From Octopus vulgaris (Eukaryota), in contig OX597818.1 of assembly GCA_951406725.2 (NCBI GenBank), positions 134,168,001 through 134,232,000 on the forward strand: DNA of 64,000 nucleotides, given 5' to 3'. Numbering within the stretch: the first letter of the stretch is position 1; each line of letters begins with the position of its first letter. The position numbers were made by a program, and so were the translations under genes. The notes beneath the pieces are model-generated. The model worked only from the letters and a program-made list of their open reading frames with translations, did no database searches and was not told the DNA's origin. Shown here piece after piece: positions 26,399-39,977 of the stretch.

Positions 26399-27952
26399 GT
26401 GAGATCTGAATTTCTAAAATTATTTATGTACATCTAAACACATCCAAACACATACACACACATCATTATCATCGTTTAACGTCTGTTTTCCATGCTAGCA
26501 TGGGTTGAACAGTTCGACCGGGGTCTGGGAAGCCAGGAGGCTGCACCAGGCTCCAGTCTGATCTGACAGTGTTTCTACAGCTGGATGCCCTTCCTAACGC
26601 CAATCACTGCATGAGTGTAGTGGGTGCTTTTTATGTGCCACCGGCACAGGTGCCAGGGGAGGCTGGCAGCAGTCATGATCGGTTGGTGCTTTTTATGTGC
26701 CACCAGCACAGAAGATAGTCAAGGCGGCGCTGGCATCGGCCACATTCAGATGGTGCTTTACACACATACATATAATGTTCGTATGGTGCTTTACACACAT
26801 ACATATAATGTTCGTATGGTGCTTTACACATATATATATATAAACATGTGCACATATTTAAACACACACACACACGCAACTACAAGTAGATTTGATAAAC
26901 TGCTATTCCACATATACATGTTGTCAGAGTTTATATTTTGCTTCATGGGGTGAAGTGGATTCAGGATGAATCTCTTCCTGAATTGGACAGTTGTCTATTA
27001 TTGAAGTTATCATTCCTAAATGATCTGATACCCATTGTCAGCAATGACAAGATAGATAAAAATAACAATCTCTGAACTATAATGAAATGCTTGTAGTGGA
27101 TTTGAACCAAGGTCCTTGAGAGTAAGAGGACCAGTATCTTATCTATTTAACCATCCAGCATTTATTACTCAAATATTTCTGCACACTCACACATGATCAC
27201 ACAATGTATCCAAGGCCATTAAAAACTATACTTTTCTGAAGAATTCTAATAGTACTGAATCATATCCAGAGTCGTTTTTTACTATTTTACCAGAATTAAT
27301 CATTAAGTAAATGATTCTTCTTTGCTATTAATGTAATTTTATCAATTAAAATTCCTTGTCTCCTTACAACATTTGGAAGTAGGTTAGCAATGGCATTACC
27401 AATGATTTATAGGTGACAAGAAATTGGATTTTGTAGTAGTCATGCTATTCTCAGTGACATCTGCAAGATTAATTAAAAGAACTAGATTTGATTCATCTAA
27501 GCTCCGGCGTCTGGCGACGGACTTGGTAAACACCCACAAAGTTATCAACCACCTCACCAACAACAACACTGAACACCTTTTTGATCTCCGTGTGTCTAAC
27601 ACACGTGGACATGCCTACAAAGTCAGAAAACAACACAGCTCCCATGACTTTCGGAAACATTTTTTCACGCTCAGAGTTGCTGAAGCATGGAATAAACTGC
27701 CTGCGTCAGTTGTTGACTGCCATGACACTGCATCCTTTAAGGCCCTCATGCTTTCCGAAATCCGCCGAAACTACACCTGATTATATATACACTTTAGATG
27801 AGTTGTAGTGCACCTGAGCACTGTACACAATGTTTTTATTATTATATTATTATATAATATATCTTACTCTCTGAATATAGATGAAGTGAACTATTATAAT
27901 GTCTATGAATTGTGAATTAACTTTGTCATCAAGTTTTAAATGTTGCTTTCAG

Positions 27953-28093
27953 CTTGAGAAACGTCAAAGACAAGCAGAATATGCTCGCAGAGTTCACGAA
28001 GAAAATAAAACATCACTCAGTTCCAAACCGTTAGCTCCTCCCCCTTGTCCACCACAGTCATTTACAAAAGAGCAGGAAAACAGGAGAAAAATG
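27953..28093 (+). CDS. JHY: JHY-like coding exon 3 (LEKRQRQAEYARRVHEENK...QENRRKM)
   Basis: Acceptor tgctttcag, donor ATG|GTAAAT, 141 nt, phase 0/0. Q.EYA..V.E.N motif of the JHY domain. Confidence 0.9.
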
Positions 28094-28143
28094 GTAAATA
28101 TTACATATGTGTGTGTTTATATATATAAATATATATGTGTGTG

Positions 28144-28183
<40 letters not shown>

Positions 28184-28227
28184 AATTATTTAGTGATTTA
28201 CAACAGAATGTGAAAAGAGACAATGAT

Positions 28228-28610
28228 ATCATCATCATCATCATCATTGTTTAACGTCCGTTCTCCATGCTAGCATGGGTTGGACGGTTCGACCAGGGAT
28301 CTGGGAAGCCAGAAGGCTGCACCAGGCTCCGGTCTTATCTGGCAATGTTTCTACAGCTGGATGCCCTTCCTAACGCCAACCACTCCGTGAGTGTAGTGGG
28401 TGCTTTTTACATGCCACCTGCACTGGTGCCAGGCAGGGCTGGCATCGGCCACGGTCGGATTGGTGCATTTTACGTGCCACCGGCACGGAAGCCAGTCGAG
28501 GCAGCACTGGCTTCAGCCACGATTCGGATGGTGCTTTTTATGTATCTCCAGTCCAGGGGTCCTGGCATCTGCCGGGTGCCAGTCATAGGATTGGTTCAAT
28601 TTCGATTCCG
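28228..28610 (-). mobile_element. Family D: detached 3' end of the RTE-like LINE or a related SINE, with (GAT)n tail
   Basis: (ATC)n GTTTAACGTCCG...CTGGATGCCCTTCCTAACGCCAACCACT. Copies at about 1-155, 12170-12340 (+), 26461-26830, 38066-38235, 38568-38990 and 55985-56150. Confidence 0.8.
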
Positions 28611-28647
<37 letters not shown>

Positions 28648-28665
28648 TGTCAAATGATGGAAATG

Positions 28666-28724
<59 letters not shown>

Positions 28725-28903
28725 GGGATGGTTGCATCCAAGGAAATATTGGTTTTATACCTAGTAATTTTGAGAAATGAAATTTCTTTAAATCAGTTGG
28801 TGTGTATTAAGAACAAAGTTCTTTTTCAGTTAAATGAAGGAAAGAAAATAGCGAATTAAGATAATGATAATTATTCATTATTAAAAAAATTGGTAATCTT
28901 TAC

Positions 28904-28999
28904 TTCTTACAGTCATTTCCATTAGTCCTCAATAGGTAAATTACAAATATCTGTTTTAAATTTGCATTTATATATTATGAACATAATTTCATCAGAGAA
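28904..28999 (-). ncRNA. Possible degenerate hammerhead ribozyme motif
   Basis: Minus strand: UUCU CUGAUGA ... GAAA UGACUG UA AGAA. Stem I is 4 bp and stem II pairs poorly. Confidence 0.35.
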
Positions 29000-29340
29000 A
29001 GATATACATTAAGATATTACATGTGGACCCTCTGAACATGAACTTTATATATAAGATATATATATATTTCCAAAAATGGTTTGAAAGAGATATGTAATCT
29101 TAGCAGTTACCATGTTTACTCTTTAATGGGTTTTAAATACTGGCTAACCACAGTTGGTGATATCTGAGTTAGTAATAAGTTACTTGACTCCAGTAATTAT
29201 TCACACTTGGTAAATCCGAGTGTCATTTCTGGGACTGCGTAGTTTCCGTAGAGTAAGTAATAGTATTAATAATGGTCAGGTAAACAGAGATTTTCCTCCT
29301 CTATCATTTTATTAAATAGTTATTAGCACCATTCTTTCGA

Positions 29341-29425
29341 GGACCTACACATGTTTCAACTGCATCAACTGCACACTGTTAGGTGTACATTTTGTGGTAT
29401 TGTATATGCAGCTTCTTCAGGGTCC
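29341..29425 (-). ncRNA. Type I hammerhead ribozyme of the Penelope-associated type, intact core
   Basis: The minus strand reads GGACC CUGAAGA AGCUGCAU...AUGCAGUU GAAA C AUGU G UA GGUCC: stem I GGACC/GGUCC, complete core, extended stem II, minimal palindromic stem III (ACAUGU), GUA cleavage triplet. Confidence 0.8.
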
Positions 29426-29747
29426 AGTATTTACTGACATTCAAAGTTAAGCTGAAGAAATCAAAAAGCTGAATGAATAGAGTGTTTTTAGGAGGTGTTG
29501 GTATTACTATAAATAATATCATTCTTAACCCAAGGTTTACCTTTGCTAGTTTGGTATAATCTTAAAAATAGTTCAAGGTTAGGAGTTTCTGTAGGTTCAT
29601 TAGTATTAATATTATCTTATTTGAGAGAGGATTTTTATTTTTAGAGGTATGTATTCAATTTTGGTTTATTATTTATTTTTGTTTTCACAATTCTTATTCT
29701 ATTAATTTATAATTTTCTTGCTTAAATAAATATAATGCATTTATATC

Positions 29748-30080
29748 CATGGCTCAGTGGTTAGAGCGTCGAGCTTACGATCGTGAGGTTGTGAGCTCGA
29801 ATCCCGGACCGGGCTGCGTGTTGTGTTCTTGAGCAAGGCACTTTATTTCACGTTGCTCCAGTTCACTCAGCTGTAGAAATGAGTTGCGACGTCTCTGGTG
29901 CCAAGCTGTATCGACCTTTGTCTTTCCCTTGGACAACACTGGTGGCGTGGAGAGGAGAGGCTGGTATGCATGGGCGACTGCTGGTCTTCCATAAACAACC
30001 TTGCCCGGACTTGTGTCTAGGAGGGTAACTTTCTAGGTGCAATCCCATGGTCATTCATGACCGAAGGGGGTCTTTACCCT
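29748..30080 (+). mobile_element. tRNA-derived CORE-type SINE (family G)
   Basis: TGGCTCAGTGGTTAGAGC A box, CTCGAATCCC B box, TTGAGCAAGGCACTT core-like motif, TTTATATC duplicated at the flanks. Confidence 0.8.
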
Positions 30081-30292
30081 TTATATCAATCAATTAAACA
30101 TAAGTTTACTATTCTACTCATTTGGAAGAGAATTTTAATTTTTAGAGGTGTTCAACTAAATTTGGTTTATTATTTGTTTTTTGTTTTCACTGTTGTTATT
30201 CTAGTAATAAATAATTTATAATTTTCTTGCTTATTATCTATAATATGTTTATTTGAATCTATTAGACGTACACTTATTTGCATGGATGCACC

Positions 30293-30521
30293 TTAACCCT
30301 TTAGCATTTAAACCGGCCATATCCAGCCAAAAGTATTCTGCCTGTTTTATGTTCAAACTGGCCAGATCTGGTCTCTCACGCCAACCCTACAATATCATTT
30401 TAAAAATTAACAGCTACCTCATCAAAATCTCATAACTACAAGATAATGCATGATTAGTTCAAAACAATGTGGATAAAAAAGCATTAATTTTGGCAGAACA
30501 ATGTGAACACTAAAGGGTTAA
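30293..30521. mobile_element. piggyBac-like MITE (TTAA TSD, CCCTTTAG TIR)
   Basis: TTAA|CCCTTTAG...CTAAAGGG|TTAA. Other copies at about 1277-1502, 12582-13199 (with SINE inserted), 35405-35624 and 36794-37022. A related family occurs at about 51081-52700 (interrupted) and 61380-61601. Confidence 0.85.
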
Positions 30522-30589
30522 ACCATGCTGAATGAATAGAGTGTCTTTTAGGAGATATGAGAAAGATAATTTATTTTATAAAATCCTAG

Positions 30590-31050
30590 AGTGTATTGCA
30601 GACTTTCGTTCTTCAAGACTGTGCTGATTGGAACCAGTGGGAGAAGTAGTGTTGGTAATGAGGGGGCAGTTGTGGCAGCAGAATCTGGAGCACGGGAAGG
30701 ATCTGGGTGGGGCTGGAGGGGTGAGGAGAAGGTGCTACAGACCAGAAGATCGCATAGGTTCCGGGCACATTTAAAGGGGGACAAGGGTGGGTTGGGGAAA
30801 ATGTGATGGGATGATGGGATCGAGCTGGAGACGATGGAAGGCCTGTAGGATCCTCCGACAAAGGGGTAAGGTGGAGGGGTGGAAAAGGAGGGGAAAGGGG
30901 GTGCGGTTAGGGGGTTGATGTGGGGAAGGAGAAAGGGCAGTGGTGCGATCGATTCGACGAGCGCAGGCCAGGGTAGTTTGGACAAGGGTTGAGGGGTATC
31001 CTTGATGCCTGAACAGGTGGGCAAGGTACTGGGACTGGGTCTCAAAATCC
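30590..31050 (-). mobile_element. Penelope-like element ORF remnant (region after the RT domain)
   Basis: Minus-strand translation gives LFRHQGYPSTLV...LLFHPS...FKCARNLCDLLVCS, matching the F..RGYP and R..NLRD.LVRS motifs of PLEs. GC-rich island. Confidence 0.65.
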
Positions 31051-32814
31051 TGGTCCCTTAGAGTTTATCAGATTTCATTTTGAAATGTAATCTGATAAGC
31101 TTGCATGTCTTGCAAATGCTTCAGAACTGCCAAGTAAAATGTCTGGTTAACAGTTTGACCCAGGAGGAACAAATACTGTGTGGACAATCCCTTTCTCATC
31201 GATGAAACAAATCAGCATTGTCTTGACACTGGACTTCACTTAATGCACTTTTTGGGCACTGGTGACACTGAATGCTTCCGGGTCATAGCCGTAGCACTGG
31301 CTTTCATCACTAGTGATATGACCTTCAAAAGAAGGTCATATCAACTTTCAGTTCGCAAAATTCATTCAGTCATGACTGCTTTTGATCATCCACGCGCAAG
31401 TGAGGCAGAAATTTTACTGCAACTCTTTTCATTTGCAATTCCGCATTTTTGTAGGTTTCCATCACTGTCTACAATTTTGTTCCAGTTTTTTAAAATTTGG
31501 TATATGGATTAAATTTTGTATACTAATTATGAAAATGAAAATCATTTTCCCTATAAATTCATAATTTAAAAGTTATTAGCCTTTAAAATTTGCAAAATTT
31601 GGGTATTTTAACCAATTAGAAGTGAGTATTTTACACATCACAGTGAAGTTCTGTTAGCATAGTAAGCAAAGAAGCACCAGATGTTCCATAGCTGATTGTG
31701 AAGAACTCTGTTTCCATGGTAATCAAAGATGCTGCACAAGGAGAGTAAACAAGGACTGCATACAACACTGAGTTCTTCCAGGAATCACTATCTTCAGTGA
31801 CCTGTTGCGAGCTTATAATCATATACCAGAAATCGTGAGCCATGATTTCAAACATAAAACTGTGAGCCATAGCATTGAATTTATAAACTCAAAAGCTGGG
31901 ACTTATCTTTAAATAATGATAATAATAGTAATTATTATTATTATTGTCATTTTGTGTTTATTCCAAATTTTCTGTTTTTATGTTCGTGTACATTCTTTGT
32001 GTTATTTCTCAAATCATCGAGACAGCAACAGAAATCTTTCAATGGAGAAATGATCAGGTGACTCATGGTTTGAGCTGCTCCACAATCACACCACAAAAGG
32101 GATTACATGTGTCTTCATTTCACTTTGGTGTCTCTGGTTAAGCCTAATCTAATTTGATGAAGACATTTCCAATTACATTATGTGGACTATGAGCTCTTTG
32201 ACAAATTTTTTGGGATGAGCATTTTCATCACAACACTAGTCAAAAATGTTTTACAAATAATACAAACTTCATTTTCAGTTTAATTTATAACCTTGACAGT
32301 AATATGCAGTCTATAAATATGTAAAAATACAACAATAGGCACAGGAGTGGCTGTGTGGTAAGTAGCTTGCTAACCAACCACATGGTTCCGGGTTCAGTCC
32401 CACTGCGTGGCATCTTGGGCAAGTGTCTTCTGCTATAGCCCTGGGTCAACCAACGCCTTGTGAGTGGATTTGGTAGACGGAAACTGAAAGAAGCCTGTCG
32501 TATATATGTATATATATTTATGTATGTGTGTGTTTGTCCCCCTAGCATTGCTTGACAACCGATGCTGGTGTGTTTACGTCCCCGTCAATTAGCGGTTTGG
32601 CAAAAGAGACCGATAGAATAAGTACTGGGCTTACAAAGAATAAGTCCCGGGGTCGATTTGCTCGACTAAAGGCGGTGCTCCAGCATGGCCATAGTCAAAT
32701 GACTGAAACAAGTAAAAGAGTAAAAGAGTAAAGAGTAACTATATTATCAAAAGTTGATCGTTTTTTTTTTTTAATACATACATACATATATATATATGGT
32801 GTTTCTTCTGACAG

Positions 32815-33045
32815 GCCATTGAATATTCAAAAACAGTTCCCAAACCTGCGGTAAAACCAGTTCCTTTGAAAGAAGAGAAACAGAGACCAGTTCAGAAAAC
32901 ATCTCCTTTAAAAGATGATGCCCCAGTTTCGAAACCTTCTTCTATATTGTTTAAGACAGATGAAATTGAAAAGTTACGTGAGCAACACGAACAAGACAAG
33001 AAGGCTGCAGAAGCCATACGACAAAGATTAAATGTGAAAAGTTGA
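32815..33045 (+). CDS. JHY: JHY-like terminal coding exon (AIEYSKTVPKP...LREQHEQDKKAAEAIRQRLNVKS*)
   Basis: Acceptor tcttctgacag, phase 0, TGA at 33043-33045. A.EY.K..PKP and H..E/DK.A motifs of the JHY C-terminus. Absent from the ORF track. Confidence 0.9.
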   Translation, partial: AIEYSKTVPKPAVKPVPLKEEKQRPVQKTSPLKDDAPVSKPSSILFKTDEIEKLREQHEQDKKAAEAIRQRLNVKS

Positions 33046-33194
33046 AAATGGCATCAAAATCCAGGTTACTGAACAGTATATACCAACACTGATCTGTTGG
33101 GACCACAGCATTATATACACACATATATATATACAATCTGAATAATATATATATATATATCAACACTGACCTATTAATACACATATATCTCTAT

Positions 33195-33699
<505 letters not shown>

Positions 33700-34103
33700 A
33701 AAAAGAACAAAACAAATCAGCTGAACAATATATATATCAATACCGATCTGTTTGAATAGATTAACTTTTCAGTTTCTAATACTACCATAACCACCACTTC
33801 AAATGTACAGTATTTTTCTAGCCTGGTGTCTATATTCAATTAAATCTGATATTATTCAGATTACATGTCTATTAGATTCAGTTGTGAAAAGACAAAAAAA
33901 TATCCAGTCATATGGAAAAGACTTCTATTGAATACTTTATCAATCCAAATATACACACACACACACACATACATACATACTCGTGTGTGTGTGTATATTT
34001 ATCTATATTTGTCTATCTATATATTTACACACACACACACATGTATACATATATATATATACGCACACATATGACTTCACAAATATTGGATTTGACTTGT
34101 AAT

Positions 34104-34120
34104 AATAAATCTCTAATAAA
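34104..34120 (+). terminator. Candidate polyadenylation signals of the JHY-like gene
   Basis: Two AATAAA hexamers (34104, 34115) followed by a GT/T-rich tract, about 1.06 kb after the stop codon. Confidence 0.45.
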
Positions 34121-34149
34121 AAATCTCTTGTATTTGTTTTATTTTGTAA

Positions 34150-34535
34150 TGTGGAGGCGCAATGGCCCAGTGGTCAGGGCAGCGGATTCGCGGTCGTAGG
34201 ATCGCGGTTTCAATTCCCAGACCGGGCGTTGTGAGTGTTTATTGAGCGAAAACACCTAAAGCTCCATGAGGCTCCGGCAGGGGATGGTGGTGATCCCTGC
34301 TGTACTCTTTCACCACAACTTTCTCTCTCTCTTACTTCCTGTTTCTGTTGTACCTGTATTTCAAAGGGCCGGCCTTGTCACTCTCTGTGTCACGCTGAAT
34401 GTCCCCGAGAACTGCGTTAAGGGTACACGTGTCTGTGGAGTGCTCAGCCACTTACACGTTAATTTCACGAGCAGGCTGTTCCGTTGATTCGGATCAACCG
34501 GAACCCTCATCGTCGTAACCGACGGAGTGCTTCCT
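34150..34535 (+). mobile_element. tRNA-derived SINE family C (tRNA-Arg-like head, resembling octopus OR-type SINEs)
   Basis: TGGCCCAGTGG A box, TCG anticodon-like loop, GTTTCGATTCCC-type B box. Minus copies at about 10278-10629, 19613-19998, 23497-23752, 48565-48936 and 56355-56703. Confidence 0.88.
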
Positions 34536-37139
34536 CCCTCCTTTATTTTGTTATGCTTTACATATTGAGCAGTCATTGTGGTTGTGGTGCAGTTGTGTTC
34601 TCTGGTAAAATATCCTGTGGTATTATGTTACCATTTTCTTATGGCAATATTTTTTACTTTGTTAAAGCGGCTAGCTGGCAGAGATGTAGCACGTCGGGCG
34701 AAATGCTTAGCAGTATTTTGTCTGTCTTTATTTTCTGAGTTCAAATTCTGCCAAGATCAACTTTGCCTTTCATCCTTTCAGGGTCGATAAATTAAGTACC
34801 AGTTGCGTATTAGGGTCGATCTAATCAACTGGCCCCCTCCCCAATAATTTTGGACTTTGTACCTAGAGTAGAAAAGAAAAGAATATTTTTTATTTTGTCA
34901 TATGTAATCATTGCAAGCTCTCTCTTCCACTACTTCTACCTTCTCTCACCAATCATTCTGCCAAATGCTTCGCATTCTTTTTTCTCATTCTGTTATTCCG
35001 GCTCTTTTATCATCAAGCTCTCTTATATTCACAGTCACATTACCTTTATCAAATTGGGATATAAAGTAGAATAGTGAGGACTCTTTAATTTTGTTGGGGT
35101 AAAAGATAACATCCTTAGAGCTGATGCAATGATAACATGCACCCAATATACTCCATAAAATAGTTGGTATTTTGGGAGTTCAGCTACAGAAACCATGCCA
35201 GAAGACCAGATTTACAAGTGACCTATCTTGAAAAATAATTCTGAATAAGAATTGACTCAGAGTATGACAACCCAATTTGGTTCATGACAGCAAGGAAAGT
35301 GGATGTAAAATGATGTTGATTTATATCTTGGTGTTGCCATTAATATCGTAATGTTACAAATTTCATTTAATGTCAAGAAGTAACCCAATGAATATAGTTA
35401 GGTTTAACCCTTTAGCATTCAGATTTTTCTATCAAATATAATACTTATTTATTCACTTTGTTTTGAATAAATTAAACATTACCTTGTAGCTTTTGAGATT
35501 TTGATGATGTGAAACACTTATTTTTTAGAGTGACATAGCAGAGTAGGTGTGAGTGACCAGATCTGGCTAGTTTGAACATAAAACAAGTAGAATAGTGTGG
35601 CCGGTTTGAATGCGAAAGGGTTAAGCTTTGACCACTGATAGGTCAATGAATCATTGTAAAACATACTGAGAATGGTAAGTAAAATCCCAAGCTGGCGATT
35701 GGAAGAGGAGGCTGTCCTCTCAACCAATATGCTGTTGAGGGTGCCACTGGATGATGGACTGTGGTGATGATGTTATTCCGTGCTTTCTGATCCATGGTGC
35801 TGGCCTTAGCATGCTTGAGGTCAAGACTCTGCAACTTCAGGTTTTCTCATTTTGCTTCGCCCATGTATTCCTTGGTGCGCTGCACTGGATTCTCTGCTGT
35901 TGACGCCACTTTCTTCTCCACAACCAGTGAGCTGAGATATTTGAACACCTGGGCCTGCTCAGTCGGACCAAACCTTTTGTTAGTGATGCTGTACAATAGA
36001 ACCATAACACTTTAAATCTCATGTAACCATTCTGCTTGAGTTACAATTTGTAACACTAGGAAGATTACATCTTTGTAATACCTATTTCTTTATTACCCAC
36101 AAGGGGCTAAACACAGAGGGGACAAACAAGGACAGACATAGGTATTAAGTCGATTACATCGACCCCAGAGCGTAACTGGTACTTAATTTATCGACCCCGA
36201 AAGGATGAAAGGCAAAGTCGACCTCAGCGGAATTTGAACTCACAACGTAACGACAGACGAAATACCTATTTCTTTATTACGCCACAAGGCGTGCTAAACA
36301 CAGCCAGCTCGCCGCCTTTTTTTGTAATACCAATGACAGACATAGCTAGTTAGTCAACATACAGTGAGTAACTGGCTAAGAATAAATTACTATTCGACCC
36401 CGAAAGGATTGGGCAAAGTCGATCTGACAGGAATTTGAACTCACAACGTAACTTTGAGACTGAAGATACCGCTATGCAGTTCGCCCGGCGTGCTATCATT
36501 CATTTATGCCATGCCGCCTTAATAATAATAATAATAATACCAATTGATGTACAGTGTTCAGGTGCAGGCAACAACTCATCTAAAGTGTATATATAATAAG
36601 GTGTACTATTCCTGGCTTTCAAAGCATGAGGGCCTTAAAGGATGCAATGGCAGTCTGACAGGAGTTTATTCCATCATTCAGTAACTCTGAGCGTGAAGAT
36701 AAATATGAGTTGAAAGCTATCATTAATTTATGCATGCATATGTATTCAAATGGTTGATAACTTTTCCATGAGAAGTCTTAAAAGGTGCTTTATTTAACCC
36801 TTTGGTGTTTAAGCCAGCCATATCCGGCCCAAATATCCTACAAGTTTTACATTCAAACTGGCCATATCTAGCCCCTCACACCTAACCTACATTGACATTC
36901 TAAGAATAAACTATCACACCATCGAAACTTCAAAGCTGTAAGATAATGTATGATTAATTGAAAATAATTTGAGTGAAAAAAGTATTACATTTAACAGATT
37001 AAGCTGAACACTAAAGGGTTAAAGAAAATACAAACAATGAGCATTTAGAAAATGTTTAACTTTTTATTTTACTTGAAATGAGAAAATTCAATATTTGACA
37101 ATAAATAGAACTGTAAAATTTCTTTAACACTTGTGGCTA

Positions 37140-37262
37140 TCATCTTTTGCTGGCATTGTGTTCTTCAATTATTGAAGGGGCATAACAGGCATCAAACAAT
37201 TCTTTAGCAGTGAACTGTGACTGTACAACATCAGGAACTTTGTAAGAGACATATGGCTTCAG
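37140..37262 (-). CDS. MRPL41: MRPL41 terminal exon (LKPYVSYKVPDVVQSQFTAKELFDACYAPSIIEEHNASKR*)
   Basis: Acceptor tttctttctaatccacag, phase 0. LKPYVSY motif of mL41. TGA is followed by TAG, and there is an AATAAA on - at 37063-37068. Confidence 0.92.
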   Translation of the reverse strand: MKPYVSYKVPDVVQSQFTAKELFDACYAPSIIEEHNASKR

Positions 37263-39249
37263 CTGTGGATTAGAAAGAAAATCACGTATTAAATATTATC
37301 AATAACAAGATTATATCACTTTATGTCATTTCATTTCCTTTTGCTTCATTCTAATATACTCTTTTACTTGTTTCAGTCATTTGACTGCAGCCATGCTGGA
37401 GCACCGCCTTTAGTCAAGCAAATCGACCCCGGGACTTATTCTTTGTAAGCCCAGTACTTATTCTATCGCTCTCTTTTGCCGAACCGCTAAGTGACGGGGA
37501 CGTAAACACACCAGCATCGGTTGTCAGGCGATGTTGGGGGGGACAAACACAGACACACAAACATATAAACACACATATATATATACATATATACGACAGG
37601 CTTCTTTCAGTTTCCGTCTACTAAATCCACTCACAAGGCATTGGTTGGCCCGAGGCTATAGCAGAAGACACTTGCCCAAGATGCCACGCAGTGGGACTGA
37701 ACCCGGAACCATGTGGTTAGTTAGCAAGCTACTTACCACACAGCCACTCCTGCATATTTTTTTTGTTTTTATTTAAATACATCACATATTTCATAAATAG
37801 ATAATATCAATAAAGTCCCAAGGTCAACTACAGATGGTGAAACAGGATGTATTAAGCCTGACGTTTGATTGCAAACAATATGCAAAAGTCAATTGTATTT
37901 ATAGACAATACATTACATATTTAGAGCAGAAGATGTAATAGACAACAGCATAATTCCAGGATGTTTTAGTAAAGTCGATAATATACGTATCAAACTGAAT
38001 TTAAGATATTTATTTCCCAGTCAGTTGTCTTATAAAAAATACAAATGTTACAGCCATAATAGATTCATCATCATCATCATCGTTTAACGTCTGTTTTCCA
38101 TGCTGGCATAGATTGGATGGTTCGACTGGGGTTTGGGAAGCCAGGAGGCTGCACCAGGCTCCAATCTGATCTGGCAATGTTTCTACAACTGGATGCCCTT
38201 CCTAACGCCAACCACTCTGAGAGTGTAGTGGGTGTTTATGTACAATAAGTACTGGGGTCAACTCATTCAACCAAAATTCTCCAAGGTGATGCCCCAGCAT
38301 GGCCACAGTCTAATGACTGAAACAAGTAAAAGATGAAAGATGACCCAGAATAATATTAAGATGTTAGTGAGTGAAAGTGTACTAACCAACCAGGTTTCTT
38401 TTAGCTACAATCTAAAATGTATGAGAGTAGCAGCAGCTTCAATATCAGCATATACCCTACTACAGGAATGGGGCTACTGCAGTTTCACACTACACCTTTT
38501 TTGAAAAACTTTCTTCAGATTCCTGGGTTTTAGATTTTGAAAATTAAGAATATGCAAAAAAAAAAAATCATCATCATCGTTTAACGTCCGCTTTCCATGC
38601 TAGCATGGGTTGGACGAATGACTGGGGGCTGGCGAACCAGATGGCTGCACCAGGCTTCAATCTTGATCTGGCAGAGTTTCTACAGCTGGATGCCCTTCCT
38701 AATGCCAACCACTCCGAGAGTGTAGTGGGTGCTTTTACGTGCCACCGGCATGGGGCCAGTCAGGCGGTACTGCAACGATCTCGCTCGAATTTTTACACTT
38801 GCCAGTAAGGTGATGCTGGTAACGATCACGCTTGAATGGTGTTGTTTACATGCCACCGGCAGAGAGGCCAGATAGCCGCTCTGGCAACGATCACGCTCGG
38901 ATAGTGCTCTTAATACTCTACTAGCACGGGGCTCGAGTGCCAGTAAGGCAATGCTGGCAATGATCACGCTTGAATGGTGCCTTTTAAGTACCACATTTTC
39001 AAAATTTTAAACCCCACTGCCAATTTAAAACTTTCTTTTGAAATTTTTTTTCCCAATCTACATGGAAAAATAGAGGGATTTAAACAAAAATTTCTACAGT
39101 TTAGCCAAATGAATATAGAAAGTGCACTTGACATATCTGCTTTAATGAAATTTCCACACTTCAATATACAACAAACAATACATTAAAAATCGAAAGTGAA
39201 ATGACTATCAAATAAACGATCTACAATTTAAAGATACATGAAGCAATGT

Positions 39250-39640
39250 TATGCCAGACATGATAAAATGCATTTGTTTCAAATTGCCGAGCCCACATAA
39301 ATTCAGGTAAATGCTGGTCAATTAGTTGTCTATTTGTGGGTCCATTCATTGCTTTAAATTTGGCTTTAGCATTTGCCCACATAACTTCTACTGAGTTTCT
39401 ATGGCAACCAGTAAAGGGGTCAACAAAATTATTAGAATGGTTGACACTGTAATGTTCTTATACGAACCCCATTTATCGGAATAGATTACTGATCCCGGCT
39501 CAATCCATTCTTCTATTAATGGCAACAAAGTTTCTTCTTTCCTATCACCAACTGAAATAAGAAATCCTTTTTTTATGTGCTTTGCAATTTCCTCCAAAAA
39601 TCCATTGCTCATTTACCAATGAAGCCCATATTATATTTCT
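39250..39640 (-). mobile_element. Merlin / IS1595 (ISXO2)-type DDE transposase fragment
   Basis: V.DRKEETLLPLIEEWIEPGSVIYSDKWGSY, then after a frameshift VNHSNNFVDPFTGCHRNSVEVMW. Confidence 0.8.
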
Positions 39641-39977
39641 TAACCAACCACATGGTTCCGGGTTCAGTCCCACTGCGTGGCATCTTGGGCAAGTGTCTTC
39701 TGCTATAGCCTTGTGAGTAGATTTGGTAGACGGAAACTGAAAGAAGCCTGTCGTATATATGTATATATATATAAGTGTGTGTGTATATGTTTGTGTGTCT
39801 GAGTTTGTCCCCTGATGCTGGTGTGTTTACGTCCCCGTCACTTAGCGGTTCGGCAAAAGAGACCGATAGAATAAGTACTGGGCTTACAAAGAATAAGTCC
39901 CGGGGTCGATTTGCTCGACTAAAGGCGGTGCTCCAGCATGGCCGCAGTCAAATGACTGAAACAAGTAAAAAGAGTAT

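Noticed and set aside
29748-29825. SINE heads as functional tRNA genes (also 34150-34225)
   Set aside because: Acceptor stems are incomplete, there is no poly-T terminator, and they continue into multi-copy SINE bodies.
30548-31045. 165-aa Pro-rich ORF as a host gene
   Set aside because: An alternative frame carries Penelope motifs, so this is a frameshifted TE remnant.
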